Below are positions 9,989-19,600 of a stretch of 64,000 nucleotides of DNA, piece by piece. Below the pieces are notes generated by a model. It did no database searches. It saw only the letters and a program-made list of their open reading frames with translations, and was not told the DNA's origin. Origin of the DNA: a virus; the IMG/VR virus record IMGVR_UViG_3300005264_000040, positions 64,001-128,000 of that record. One strand, written 5' to 3'. A program made the translations under genes and the position numbers. Within the stretch, counting starts at the first letter, position 1. Each line of letters starts with the position of its first letter.

Positions 9989-10627
9989 ATGATAACCCAA
10001 TCAATGTTAGGGAGATTATCAAAAACTCAAGATACAGATAAAGGATATTTAGCACCTATAAACGATAGATTTGTATATATTGGGTTTGCTGTAAATGATA
10101 AAGAAGAACCAGTTTTTTCAACAAGTGATATGAGTGATGTAATTTGGTTAGGATTGGCTCAAAGTTTTGCAGATACAAATCAGGTTAATATACAACCAGT
10201 TAAAGAAATGGGAACATTTAGGACTTATTTGGTTTCTGATGGAACAGTTAATTCAAATTACCAATTGACTGGAGTAATGTTAGGATATGATAATTATCTT
10301 GCACAAATATATGGGAAAATTAAAGTGTCAAACAAACTCCCCGCATATTTGAAACCAGGGTTTAAAGGTAAAACAGCTAGATTTTATGCTAATTTACAAT
10401 CATTCATTTTTAGAAAATCCTTTTGTTTGATAATAGGGATGGCAAATCCAGAAATTTCAATGCCTAATGCAGGATTTTATCAATTTTCAACTTTTTATGC
10501 AATAGAAGGTGCAACTATTAATTCATATAATCTTAGCGTACAAACAAACAGTTTAATGATTTATGAAAATTTAGTAGGAAGTTATTCATATAAACGTATT
10601 CTGGAAGTAGAAACTCCAGCAGAATAA
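9989..10627 (+). CDS. Tail tube protein paralogue 1
   Basis: WLGLAQSF..QPVKEMG; after sheath; similar to next ORF. Confidence 0.75.
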   Translation: MITQSMLGRLSKTQDTDKGYLAPINDRFVYIGFAVNDKEEPVFSTSDMSDVIWLGLAQSFADTNQVNIQPVKEMGTFRTYLVSDGTVNSNYQLTGVMLGYDNYLAQIYGKIKVSNKLPAYLKPGFKGKTARFYANLQSFIFRKSFCLIIGMANPEISMPNAGFYQFSTFYAIEGATINSYNLSVQTNSLMIYENLVGSYSYKRILEVETPAE

Positions 10628-10656
10628 AAGAATAATATAAATGGAGGTGTATTTAT

Positions 10657-11430
10657 ATGAGCGAAGTAAAAGGAGGAGCTACAGGAGCAAACAAACGTAT
10701 AACATGGGATCCATATGGTGGCCCTATAAATGAAAACTATGATTCTCATGTTGCTCTTAATAGTAAGTTCTTTGCAATTGGAGTAGGACTTTCCAAAGTT
10801 GAAGGAAGCGAAGGAACAATGCCTGCCGCAAGATGGGATAATGTAACTGATATAGTATGGTTAGGATTAGCTCAACAATTTACAGATGCAGACCAAAAAC
10901 AAGTACAACAGTTGTTCGAAATAGGTTCAGATGAAATGTATTCTATTCCTGGAAGGACATTCCATAATTTCACAATAAATGGTGTTTTATTAGCAAGAGA
11001 AAATTATCTTTTCACAATGTATAACGGAATGATGAATAGAATAAAGAAAAAATTGACAGACAAATATAACGCAACTGTAGCAAATGGAGTTACTACAGCT
11101 ATTAACGCAAACAAATTAAATGCTCCTGGAACTACTGCAGATGGAAAATCAGGATTTTTCTTCAATATTCAATCCCCAATTTTTGACAGACCAATTTGTT
11201 TAGTAGTTGCTATTGCTAATCCGGAAGTGACAGTTGGCGGTTATACTGATTTAGTAACAGCTTATGCTTTAGAAAAGGCTTACATTTCAAATTATAATAT
11301 TTCAACTTCAGCCGGAGATGTAGTAATTTATGAATCGTTATCAGGAACATATACAAGAAAAAGACCGTTAATTGTTGATAGCAATACTGAAAATGAAGTA
11401 GCAGGTGGAAATGCTTTTGAACTAGAATAA
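10657..11430 (+). CDS. Tail tube protein paralogue 2
   Basis: WLGLAQQF..QQLFEIG..YSIPGRT; YALEKAYISNYNIS..VIYESLSGTY; strong SD. Confidence 0.75.
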   Translation: MSEVKGGATGANKRITWDPYGGPINENYDSHVALNSKFFAIGVGLSKVEGSEGTMPAARWDNVTDIVWLGLAQQFTDADQKQVQQLFEIGSDEMYSIPGRTFHNFTINGVLLARENYLFTMYNGMMNRIKKKLTDKYNATVANGVTTAINANKLNAPGTTADGKSGFFFNIQSPIFDRPICLVVAIANPEVTVGGYTDLVTAYALEKAYISNYNISTSAGDVVIYESLSGTYTRKRPLIVDSNTENEVAGGNAFELE

Positions 11431-11434
11431 TATT

Positions 11435-11457
11435 AAAAGACCCTTCAAGGGTCTTTT
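11435..11457. terminator. Bidirectional intrinsic terminator
   Basis: AAAAGACCCT-TCA-AGGGTCTTTT between convergent genes. Confidence 0.8.
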
Positions 11458-11684
11458 TTTAATAGTTCTATATAATCTTTTTTATAATGATGAGGTAATG
11501 CATATAAAACTTGTAAAAAACTTATTGTTTCTTTAGTTAAAATAAAATTTTTGAAGGTGTCTAATAGCAAAGGATCGTAATATATCGCTCTATATTTCAT
11601 AAGTTCTGTAATAGTTAGTTTTACTTTTAAACAAAAAAAATCATAATTTGAAATATCATTATGGACAGCGTAATACCGCATCAA
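11445..11684 (-). CDS. Out-of-frame C-terminal part of the HD-GYP domain
   Basis: ITELMKYRAIYYDPLLLDTF matches the HD-GYP terminal EL..G.QFDP.VV.AF motif; overlaps the end of 11659..12834 in the +1 frame. Confidence 0.6.
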   Translation of the reverse strand: MMRYYAVHNDISNYDFFCLKVKLTITELMKYRAIYYDPLLLDTFKNFILTKETISFLQVLYALPHHYKKDYIELLKKDP

Positions 11685-12834
11685 AACTATCTATTATACG
11701 TAAAATTCTTGCAAGATATATAATATTAGTTCCTTTCAAACCCATAGGATATCCTTTCCCATTAAAATCTTCGTGATGCTGTAAAATTATATTTTTCATA
11801 TTTGGATCTTTAAAAAGAGAATTGGCAATTTGAGCTCCAATTATTGGATGCCTTAATATTTTTTGTTTTTGTTCTGGCGTTAAAGGGTCTTCGGGATCTA
11901 CTTCAAAAACTTCAGGGATAAATATCAATCCAATATCGTGATATAATGCGCTTTTGGTTAAAAGTTCTATTTGTTGTTCGCCCAAATCTAGGAAGTAGCC
12001 AAACTTTTCTGCAATGTTTTGGACTTTTACTGAATGATAAGGGTTGTTTTTTATAATTTGCTCAAGATTAGTAATTGCAACTTCAATAATATGTTCATGT
12101 ACATGAGAATCTCTTTCTAGAAAACTTTTGATTTCATAATAAAGTATTAGCATTTTAGATACATATTCTAAAGATTCTTTTTCTAGAAAAGTTAGAGAAG
12201 TAGTTTTTGGATATGTTGCTATTAGCATAACATGTTTTAATGATGTTTTCAACAACACTTTTGCATATACTTTATAATTAAGAAAATTATCTAAAATTAA
12301 ATTCAAAGTTTGTTTCATTCTATAAGGAAGCTTTGAAAAAAAAGCAAGACTTCCATAAGCCACATTATTAGGAAGGGTTAAATGGTTTCCAGCTATTAGA
12401 TTTTTGTCAAAAAAATGTTTAAATTCTTCGTTCGAAGAATATATACAAACCCAACGTTCATCTTTTGCATGGCGTTTCTTCTGTTTTTCAATTATCGAAA
12501 TATTAGTCAAAGTTGGCACTAAAATTTTCAATCCTTGAACTGTGCCTGCTATATAAGAAACATGATCTTTTGTTCCTTCAAGTTTTATAATTGAATTAAG
12601 CAGAGTTTTGAACCCATTTATAAATTTTATATCTTCGTTTCTGTTTTTCAATATAGTTTGTTCTGTGCTACTTAAAATAGCATTCTTTTCATTTATGCAT
12701 TTTTCATATTGTGTTTTTAAATTACTAATTTCAAGTTGCAAATCATGCCTTTTTTTTGAAGCTGTTATAGCGTGTATAATTATAAGTATCATTATAATCA
12801 TAATTAAACCAAAGAAAACATACATACGGGCCAC
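11659..12834 (-). CDS. Membrane-anchored GAF-like + HD-GYP cyclic-nucleotide phosphodiesterase (C-terminus frame-broken; likely start ATG 12825)
   Basis: N-terminal TM helix, coiled coil, HSVKV, YHDIG, RHP, QHHE..GKGYP.GLKG, IIDSFDA. Confidence 0.85.
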   Translation of the reverse strand: MARMYVFFGLIMIIMILIIIHAITASKKRHDLQLEISNLKTQYEKCINEKNAILSSTEQTILKNRNEDIKFINGFKTLLNSIIKLEGTKDHVSYIAGTVQGLKILVPTLTNISIIEKQKKRHAKDERWVCIYSSNEEFKHFFDKNLIAGNHLTLPNNVAYGSLAFFSKLPYRMKQTLNLILDNFLNYKVYAKVLLKTSLKHVMLIATYPKTTSLTFLEKESLEYVSKMLILYYEIKSFLERDSHVHEHIIEVAITNLEQIIKNNPYHSVKVQNIAEKFGYFLDLGEQQIELLTKSALYHDIGLIFIPEVFEVDPEDPLTPEQKQKILRHPIIGAQIANSLFKDPNMKNIILQHHEDFNGKGYPMGLKGTNIIYLARILRIIDSFDAVLRCP

Positions 12835-13004
12835 CTCCCTTCAACAAAAAAAAGGTGGGAGTAATAAATCATTCAAACCCCCACCATAATATAATTATTT
12901 TTTGAAATTAATAGATGCATTTCCTGGATGTTTATTCCAGTCTTTAGCTAATTCTTCAGCCATTTCTTTTGCTTTCTCTTCTGTTTGTTTCTTTTTGAAT
13001 TCTT

Positions 13005-13262
13005 CTATTTTTTTTTTGCATCAAAATTTTCGGGTTTTTCTTCATCGGGATGTAAATCTTTTAAGGTCTTCCCGATTTTTATCATTTCTTCTCCAATCAA
13101 ATTTTCCACTTGGTTCAAAGTATCTGTATTTTTAATTACTTTTGAAAGAAATTTTGAAAATAACTTAGCTGCTGCAGCAGGCTTGATAGCTGCAAATAAT
13201 GTTGGTAACCCCCAACTAACGATTATAGTAATTAAAATCTGAATCCAATCAAAATTTTCCAT
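13005..13262 (-). CDS. Holin-like single-TM protein; -1 frame continues to 12895
   Basis: N-terminal hydrophobic helix; stop follows an A10 run; the -1 frame encodes a charged helix IEEFKKKQTEEKAKEMAEELAKDW. Confidence 0.55.
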   Translation of the reverse strand: MENFDWIQILITIIVSWGLPTLFAAIKPAAAAKLFSKFLSKVIKNTDTLNQVENLIGEEMIKIGKTLKDLHPDEEKPENFDAKKK

Positions 13263-13266
13263 ATTT

Positions 13267-13707
13267 TCAACCTCCCGTAAAATAGTGTATTAAGATTTTA
13301 AATATACCATCACCTGCAAGTAATAACGTGACAATTTGGATCATTAATTTTCTTAATTCTTTTTTAAAAGCATTTTTTGCAATTCTTTCTTCCAAAAGGC
13401 TATCTATGAATTTTTCAAGATATTTATCTAAAGAATTTTTTTGAGTATTTAATATTTTTAATGAATTTTGATAACTGTTTATAATTGCATTAAATTCAGC
13501 TTCTTTTAATTCAAGTGTCGTTCGAAGTTCTGTTATTTCAGCAGTTAAATTCTGATGTTCCTTCTCTTGTTCTTTTATTTTATCAGCTAATATATCCATC
13601 CTAGTTCCTAATGATTTTAAAGTAACAGCAATCATTCCTGGATCTTGTAGATAAACTTCTGCTATTTCTCTTATTTTTTCTTCAGGAAAATCTTCATTCA
13701 TATCCAT
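13267..13707 (-). CDS. Coiled-coil protein with C-terminal TM segment (holin/spanin-like)
   Basis: Long heptad region then LMIQIVTLLLAGDGIFKILI; SD AGGAGG. Confidence 0.55.
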   Translation of the reverse strand: MDMNEDFPEEKIREIAEVYLQDPGMIAVTLKSLGTRMDILADKIKEQEKEHQNLTAEITELRTTLELKEAEFNAIINSYQNSLKILNTQKNSLDKYLEKFIDSLLEERIAKNAFKKELRKLMIQIVTLLLAGDGIFKILIHYFTGG

Positions 13708-13733
13708 GGTTTCGACATCCTCCTTTTACTTTT

Positions 13734-13742
13734 ATGATAACA
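13734..13742 (-). promoter_or_regulatory. Near-consensus extended -10 promoter (TGTTATCAT)
   Basis: 27 nt upstream of start 13707. Confidence 0.45.
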
Positions 13743-13781
13743 TAAAAAGTGTAACTTTGCTATCTTGTTTGAACCTTATAA

Positions 13782-15407
13782 TCAAGGCTCATTTTGAATT
13801 ATTCCTTTGTCAAGGCGGCCTGAATAAAACAGTGCAGCCATTACCGCATATGTGACACTATGTACAGAATCATCGTAAGTTTCAGGGTCATGATCATAAA
13901 TAACTTTTGTGCCGTTTCTTGTGTCACTTTGTTCAACATATAAAGATAAAAAGTCTTTAGCAAAATTCTCCCACACTTGATATTTAGGGAATAATATCCT
14001 AAGATTTTTTATATTTTTTATAATCCAACGAATAGCTATGGTTCTATTCATAACAAATTTTTCAGAACTTTTATCCCATTTTAAAAAAGCAGAAGAATTT
14101 CCGGAATAGTAAAATTCTAATACAGGATTATATTCTAACACACGCATAACAGCTGTACGAATAGCACTATTTGCTCCACCTGCACCTACTCCCCAATCTA
14201 CTCCTATATATTTTGGTTTAAATGTATTAAATAATGGAATGACATAATTTTGTACAATTTTAAATGGATCCGAATTTGTTTTTTCAAATCTCAACATTTT
14301 GACAACTTTAAAATGTATTCCATCAAATGCTAAAATAGTAATTACTGTAGAAGCATTTTTAGTAGAAGTAGTTGCCCAGTCAATTCCCATAAAATAATTG
14401 GTGGAAAACTTTAATTTGTCAGGTTTTTCTAAAAAGTCCCAATCCCCAGAAGCTCTTATCAAATCTTCTTGTGACAAAGGCCTTTCTGCATCTTCCCACG
14501 AAATTCCCAAAACTTCGTTAGCAAATTGTGTAATTGTATAATTTTCATTCATATATTTTTCCCAATAAATATTTTCCCAGGAAATCCATTTAACCATTAA
14601 TTGAGAAATATGAATTCCTCTTACACGTGCTCCTGGGTTTAATGCGGCCCATTGCCCTTCTTTAGGATTTACTAAACCTCCACATCTAAGACAATGAAAA
14701 CCATCTTCTTTGAAGATTTTGTCATGGTTTTCTACTAATGCAGGATCAGATGCTGCGTGCCAATACCCACAATGCGGACATTTGAATACCCATTGAATTT
14801 GAGTAGATTTTTGCCATGTGGTTTCTATAATATTCTGTCGTGTTTTAGGAGTTCCTGCATAATATTTTAATTTATAAGGGGAATGTGATAAAGATTCTTC
14901 TATGATTGGAATTGAATCTCTTAAATGGTCCTGGAATTCATCGAAAATATTTGCATCAGCAGAGAAACCCCTTGCACGGTCTCCAGCACCTTCTTTCTTT
15001 TTATTAGAAGCACCAGAATATGTCACAATTATGTGAGAACCATTTTTGAACTTTCTTTCCATAACTTTATTGATTAATCTTCTATCTACCATGTATTTTC
15101 TAAAATAAGGTGATTCTTCTATAAAAGGATTTAACTTTTCATTCGCAAATAATTCTGCTTGGAATTTTGAAGGAGCAATATAACCCGATACGAAGTAAGG
15201 AATTGCAACACTTAAAGATAAAATTTTTCCTGCGGCAGTAGTAGATTTTTCAACTTGCCTTGCGGTTTTTAAAACAGTGGGATGCGTAATATCATCATAA
15301 ATAAGTTTTAAATAATCCCTGCCTTTAAGAGAGAAAGGTTTTCCCCCTAATGTCAGAACCGCTTGAGCTATATCGCTCAAGCGGGTTCTTTTAGTTTTTG
15401 TCTCCAT
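13782..15407 (-). CDS. terL: Terminase large subunit (lambda GpA-like)
   Basis: KTARQVEKST Walker A variant, IFDEFQD Walker B, GTPKT, CPHC/CLRC Zn ribbon, GIDW RNase H-like nuclease, DDSVHS. Confidence 0.93.
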   Translation of the reverse strand: METKTKRTRLSDIAQAVLTLGGKPFSLKGRDYLKLIYDDITHPTVLKTARQVEKSTTAAGKILSLSVAIPYFVSGYIAPSKFQAELFANEKLNPFIEESPYFRKYMVDRRLINKVMERKFKNGSHIIVTYSGASNKKKEGAGDRARGFSADANIFDEFQDHLRDSIPIIEESLSHSPYKLKYYAGTPKTRQNIIETTWQKSTQIQWVFKCPHCGYWHAASDPALVENHDKIFKEDGFHCLRCGGLVNPKEGQWAALNPGARVRGIHISQLMVKWISWENIYWEKYMNENYTITQFANEVLGISWEDAERPLSQEDLIRASGDWDFLEKPDKLKFSTNYFMGIDWATTSTKNASTVITILAFDGIHFKVVKMLRFEKTNSDPFKIVQNYVIPLFNTFKPKYIGVDWGVGAGGANSAIRTAVMRVLEYNPVLEFYYSGNSSAFLKWDKSSEKFVMNRTIAIRWIIKNIKNLRILFPKYQVWENFAKDFLSLYVEQSDTRNGTKVIYDHDPETYDDSVHSVTYAVMAALFYSGRLDKGIIQNEP

Positions 15408-15594
15408 AAACGATTCCCCTTACACTATTATTTATATCAATTATATCCAATAACCAATTTTTTAATTTTTCTGGCAAATCTTTTTTTAATACATCATTTC
15501 TGGATAATTGCCCACTATGAGCTAATTTTATTAAATTTGTATATTCTGGATTGTCAGAATAATAAACCCCTTCTTTTCTCATACCACCTGTCAT
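15391..15594 (-). CDS. Small hypothetical protein
   Basis: SD AGGGGG; overlaps terL start by 17 nt. Confidence 0.55.
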   Translation of the reverse strand: MTGGMRKEGVYYSDNPEYTNLIKLAHSGQLSRNDVLKKDLPEKLKNWLLDIIDINNSVRGIVYGDKN

Positions 15595-15609
15595 TGTTTT
15601 GCCCCCTTT

Positions 15610-16641
15610 TTACGAATAAAAACGCATACCTGCTTTTTGTTGTTTTAATTTTTGTTGTAATTCTTCTTTTGCATCTAGTAATTTGTTTGAAAGATTTTGC
15701 CTTTGTTGGTATGACATATTTGTAGCCTTGTTTTTAATATGTGGTTTGTAAGAATTGGCTATTTGTTGTGTTTGTATGTCTTTAAATCTTGGATTATAAG
15801 TATAGACTTTTTTAGCGTATAAATTTTTAGGAGTAACTTTAGGAGCGCTTTTTACAGTTTTAGAGATTGTTTTTGTTGCTGATTTATTTTTGACAAAAGC
15901 TCCTAAAAATTTAGAAGTGAGACTTCCTCCTTTTTCCATATACCCATTTAAAATTTTTTGGAAATCTTTTGTATATTTCTTTTTTTGAACAGAAGGTCTG
16001 GAAGCAACAACTGGAGTTCCATTTTTGTTCAAACGAACTTTTTGAATAGCGGAAATAGACGTTACTTTTCCGTTAGTACCAGTTGCTTTCCCTATAGTTT
16101 TTGGCATAATTGAAATAGGACGATTGTATTTATTAATTTTTAAAGATGCTGTTTTGTTTCTTTTTTTAGAAGACTTTTTCTTTCTTGTAGGACTAGAAAT
16201 TTTATTTTTCTTTTTTTTGGTTTTTCTCATATATTCATCATTTTTCATTTGAGGATTTCCTCTGTTTAAAACAGAATACAAACTAAAATAAGTTCTACTA
16301 ACAGTATCTGTACTTCTCACTAAAGCTGGTAATTCACGTATTTGTGTTTTTAACATATAGAAATTTTTATTTTTATAAGCAGCAGTTTTAACCCCTTTTC
16401 GTTTTAATCCTTTTATAACTTTTTTTGCTTTTGGTTCTTCTTTAGGATGCAAAATGGAAGTAGCTTCAGTTTTACCATTACTTTTAATAGCAATGGTAAG
16501 CACATGCTTATATCCGTTTTTATCATAAACTACTTTTCTACGCCACTTTGAAACTCCTTTTGGATCTTTTTCTGTTATATATTCTTTTACATATTCTTTC
16601 CCAGGTTCATATTCTTTCCCTTTATATTTAATGCCGGGCAT
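15610..16641 (-). CDS. Very basic, probably DNA-binding internal head protein
   Basis: K/R-rich; KTAA and KTAS motifs; SD AGGAGG. Confidence 0.6.
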   Translation of the reverse strand: MPGIKYKGKEYEPGKEYVKEYITEKDPKGVSKWRRKVVYDKNGYKHVLTIAIKSNGKTEATSILHPKEEPKAKKVIKGLKRKGVKTAAYKNKNFYMLKTQIRELPALVRSTDTVSRTYFSLYSVLNRGNPQMKNDEYMRKTKKKKNKISSPTRKKKSSKKRNKTASLKINKYNRPISIMPKTIGKATGTNGKVTSISAIQKVRLNKNGTPVVASRPSVQKKKYTKDFQKILNGYMEKGGSLTSKFLGAFVKNKSATKTISKTVKSAPKVTPKNLYAKKVYTYNPRFKDIQTQQIANSYKPHIKNKATNMSYQQRQNLSNKLLDAKEELQQKLKQQKAGMRFYS

Positions 16642-16673
16642 TTTAAAACCTCCTTCAATAATTCTCAGTTATT

Positions 16674-16682
16674 ATTATATCA
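16674..16682 (-). promoter_or_regulatory. Extended -10 promoter TGATATAAT
   Basis: 33 nt upstream of start 16641; TGA doubles as the upstream gene's stop codon. Confidence 0.6.
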
Positions 16683-19600
16683 TAAATATGGAAATCTTTT
16701 CTGAGTAACTTTTCTAAATGTGTTGTTTTCTTCTTGATATTCAATTTCTATTCCATCAAGTTGATCGTTTATAATTAGTTTTGCATAAGTGAATCTTAGA
16801 CTTAGCAACCCATTTTTGACTAAATCCATGTTAAAATCTTTTTTTATACTGTCCCATAAATAAAGATAATCATTAATAAACTCAGAACGCCAACCATAGA
16901 ATATCACTAGTTCTTTTGGAGCTATAGAAATATTTCCGCGTCCATCTAATAAAATATTTTTTACAATACTATTAGTAGTGTTTTCAACAATTGTCACTGG
17001 AAATCTGAATACTTCTTGCGAAACAGAACATGTCAATGCATTCTGAATTCTTACAACATTTTTTAATTCAAAAAGCATAGTGAATTTCTTTTCATCAAAA
17101 CCCACATTTGCAATATTTGTATATATGTCTTTTCGGGTTTTTGAACAATCCTTTTTATACCCTAATAAAATCAATTGATATCTTGAAAATCTCTTTATAT
17201 TAATGTCAAAACTTTCTATTAACTTTTTATATTGACTTAATTCATTGTGTATATATAGTTGTAAAGCAGTTGATTGCATTTTTGTATTGGCTTTTATATT
17301 AGCAGAATTAATATTATATTGTGATATTTCAGATTTTAAAGAAAAATAGTTTTTATGAGCTATAACAAACTGTATGTCGATATTTAAAGACAAACTTAGA
17401 AGTTGCATAAGAATTGCATTTAATTCCTTTTCAAATAATGCTACGTCTTTTTTATATCCTTTAAGAACTCTTTTTATTGGCAAAGAATACGATACTAAAT
17501 TCATATCTATGAAATTTGAAGAAATATCATATTGTGTTACTTTATTTTCTATAAATAATTGATAGTGTTGTAAATTATGTAAAGCTGAAACTATGCGAAC
17601 ATCTGTATCAGAATATTGAAGTGCTTTAGAAAATACAGGATCAATATTCAATTTTTGTAATTGTATATAATAAACAACTACATACGAATCAATTTCATTT
17701 TCTTCAGTTAGGGTTGATGGGACTATTTCACACTCTAATAACTTATTATTATTTTCAGTTGGATATTGAGCGATTTCTACATCATCTATAAATATTGGTT
17801 CTGGTTCCCTAGAAAGTAATTTGTATATAGCGTTAATATGTATAGGTTCTGTTTTAGGGGCAACAGAATGTTGGAAAACTGTGCTTCCTATAAAAACTTG
17901 TGGTAATACCCATACTAGTGCATTTATGTTTCTTAAGGTTCGATTTGTAAAAGTAGGATTATTCAAAAATTGTTTAGAATTAAAATATAAAAGTCCTTCA
18001 GTTAAATTATTAGTATCATTTCTTAAACCTAAAACATTAAAAGCCGGATTGAGGAAACGTCCTGTCCTAGCCAATTTAAAACTTGAAGTTAAAGCTAAAG
18101 TATAATCTCTTTTTTGAACTTCTAAAAAAGTATCTTCTTGAATTAATCTTTTTTCTGGCTCATCAACGTGTTTTAAAAAAGTTATATAATTATTTTGTTT
18201 TCCAACAAAATATTTCGAATTAGTACTAATATTGAAAAAATCATAGTAATAATTATAAGGAGTAGAATTATCAAGATACGTTCGAACTAATGTATCGGAT
18301 ACGTTCGGGTCTAAAGAAAAATATTCTTCATATATAATTTTCAAATTAGAATCCAAAGAGGAATTACTTGCTGCCTTAATTGCTCTAAAAGTATTAGGAG
18401 AATTGATGTAACAATAATGAATAGAATAATTAAATAGGAATGTAAAATCATCTATACTAAAACGATTATAAAATATTATTTCTTTATGAGTAATAGTTGA
18501 AAACGTATCTAAATCATAGTAAATTAAGAGGAGCCCATATTTTCCTTGTTCATAGTCTTTAACCATAGCTCCTACAATCAATACATTAGAATAAACTTTA
18601 TTATCATATATCAATGTATCAAGAGGTCTGAAAAACATGTATCCTTGTGCTCCTGAATATCCGAAATCATTTACATGTGTTGGAAAACCTATACTATTAA
18701 CAGTATCAGTTTCAGGATCATATATATATTTTGATATGGGGTTATATATTACATTATAATTTGAAGGATCTTTAAAAAATAAACTAGGAATATTTGAATA
18801 ATTGCTTCCTATTTGAGTAACTTCTAAATTTACAGGATCTAAACGATATTTTGAATTGCTATAAAAAAATTCGTAAGTATTAGGGTTAAAAAATACAAAT
18901 GGAGTTATAAAATTATAAGGAGTAGATTTAAATCGTATGCTAGAGTTATTTTGATTTAGCTCTATTAGATATTTAGAGGCTGAAGTATCTCCTGTTAATT
19001 TTACGATCGAATCTAAAAGTTTGAAATATTTACGATTTGGATCAGTTTTACTTACAAATAAACCATACAGACCAAATATTGCGTCAATGCCAGAATTATT
19101 TTCTCTAAGTAGTAAATACATATATTTTTTATCATTAGCTTCTGCCAGATAATAAAGATCAAAGTCATTAGTTATTGCTAGGTTATCGTCTCCGTTTATA
19201 TATTGTGTTTCTTTAAGACTTACTTTTAATCCTTTTAATTCGTAAATTTCAACTTCGCAGTTTAGTGTATTAGTAGAATCAGAATGTATAGGAATGTAAG
19301 TTGGTATATCTATATTTTCTCCAAAAACAATCCAATTTAAATATAATATGTCATTATTTCTTTTATAATAAGAAGATTCACTAATATTGTCAATTGTAGT
19401 TTGTGTTGGCCACGGATAAACAGTTTCTGAAGTTGGATTTGTTGTCAAATCATACAAATGAATTCCATCGGTAGCTATTAAATAAAATTTGTATTTATTC
19501 GTAGAAAACCGCCATCCTGTATATCCAGCTCCAAGCATATATGTAGGCCAATTTGAAATTGTGCTTTCTGCTTTTATGTCAAATGAAACAAATCCATCTG

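Noticed and set aside
2922-10657. AATAT(A)TTT just upstream of GGAGGTG in head/tail genes as a late promoter
   Set aside because: Too short and AT-rich, with variable form; equally explained as an A/U-rich translation enhancer
13005-13007. TAG reassignment (code 15) as explanation for frame breaks
   Set aside because: TAG ends genes cleanly at 6568 and 44006; long ORFs are intact under code 11; the -1 frame here is more protein-like than readthrough
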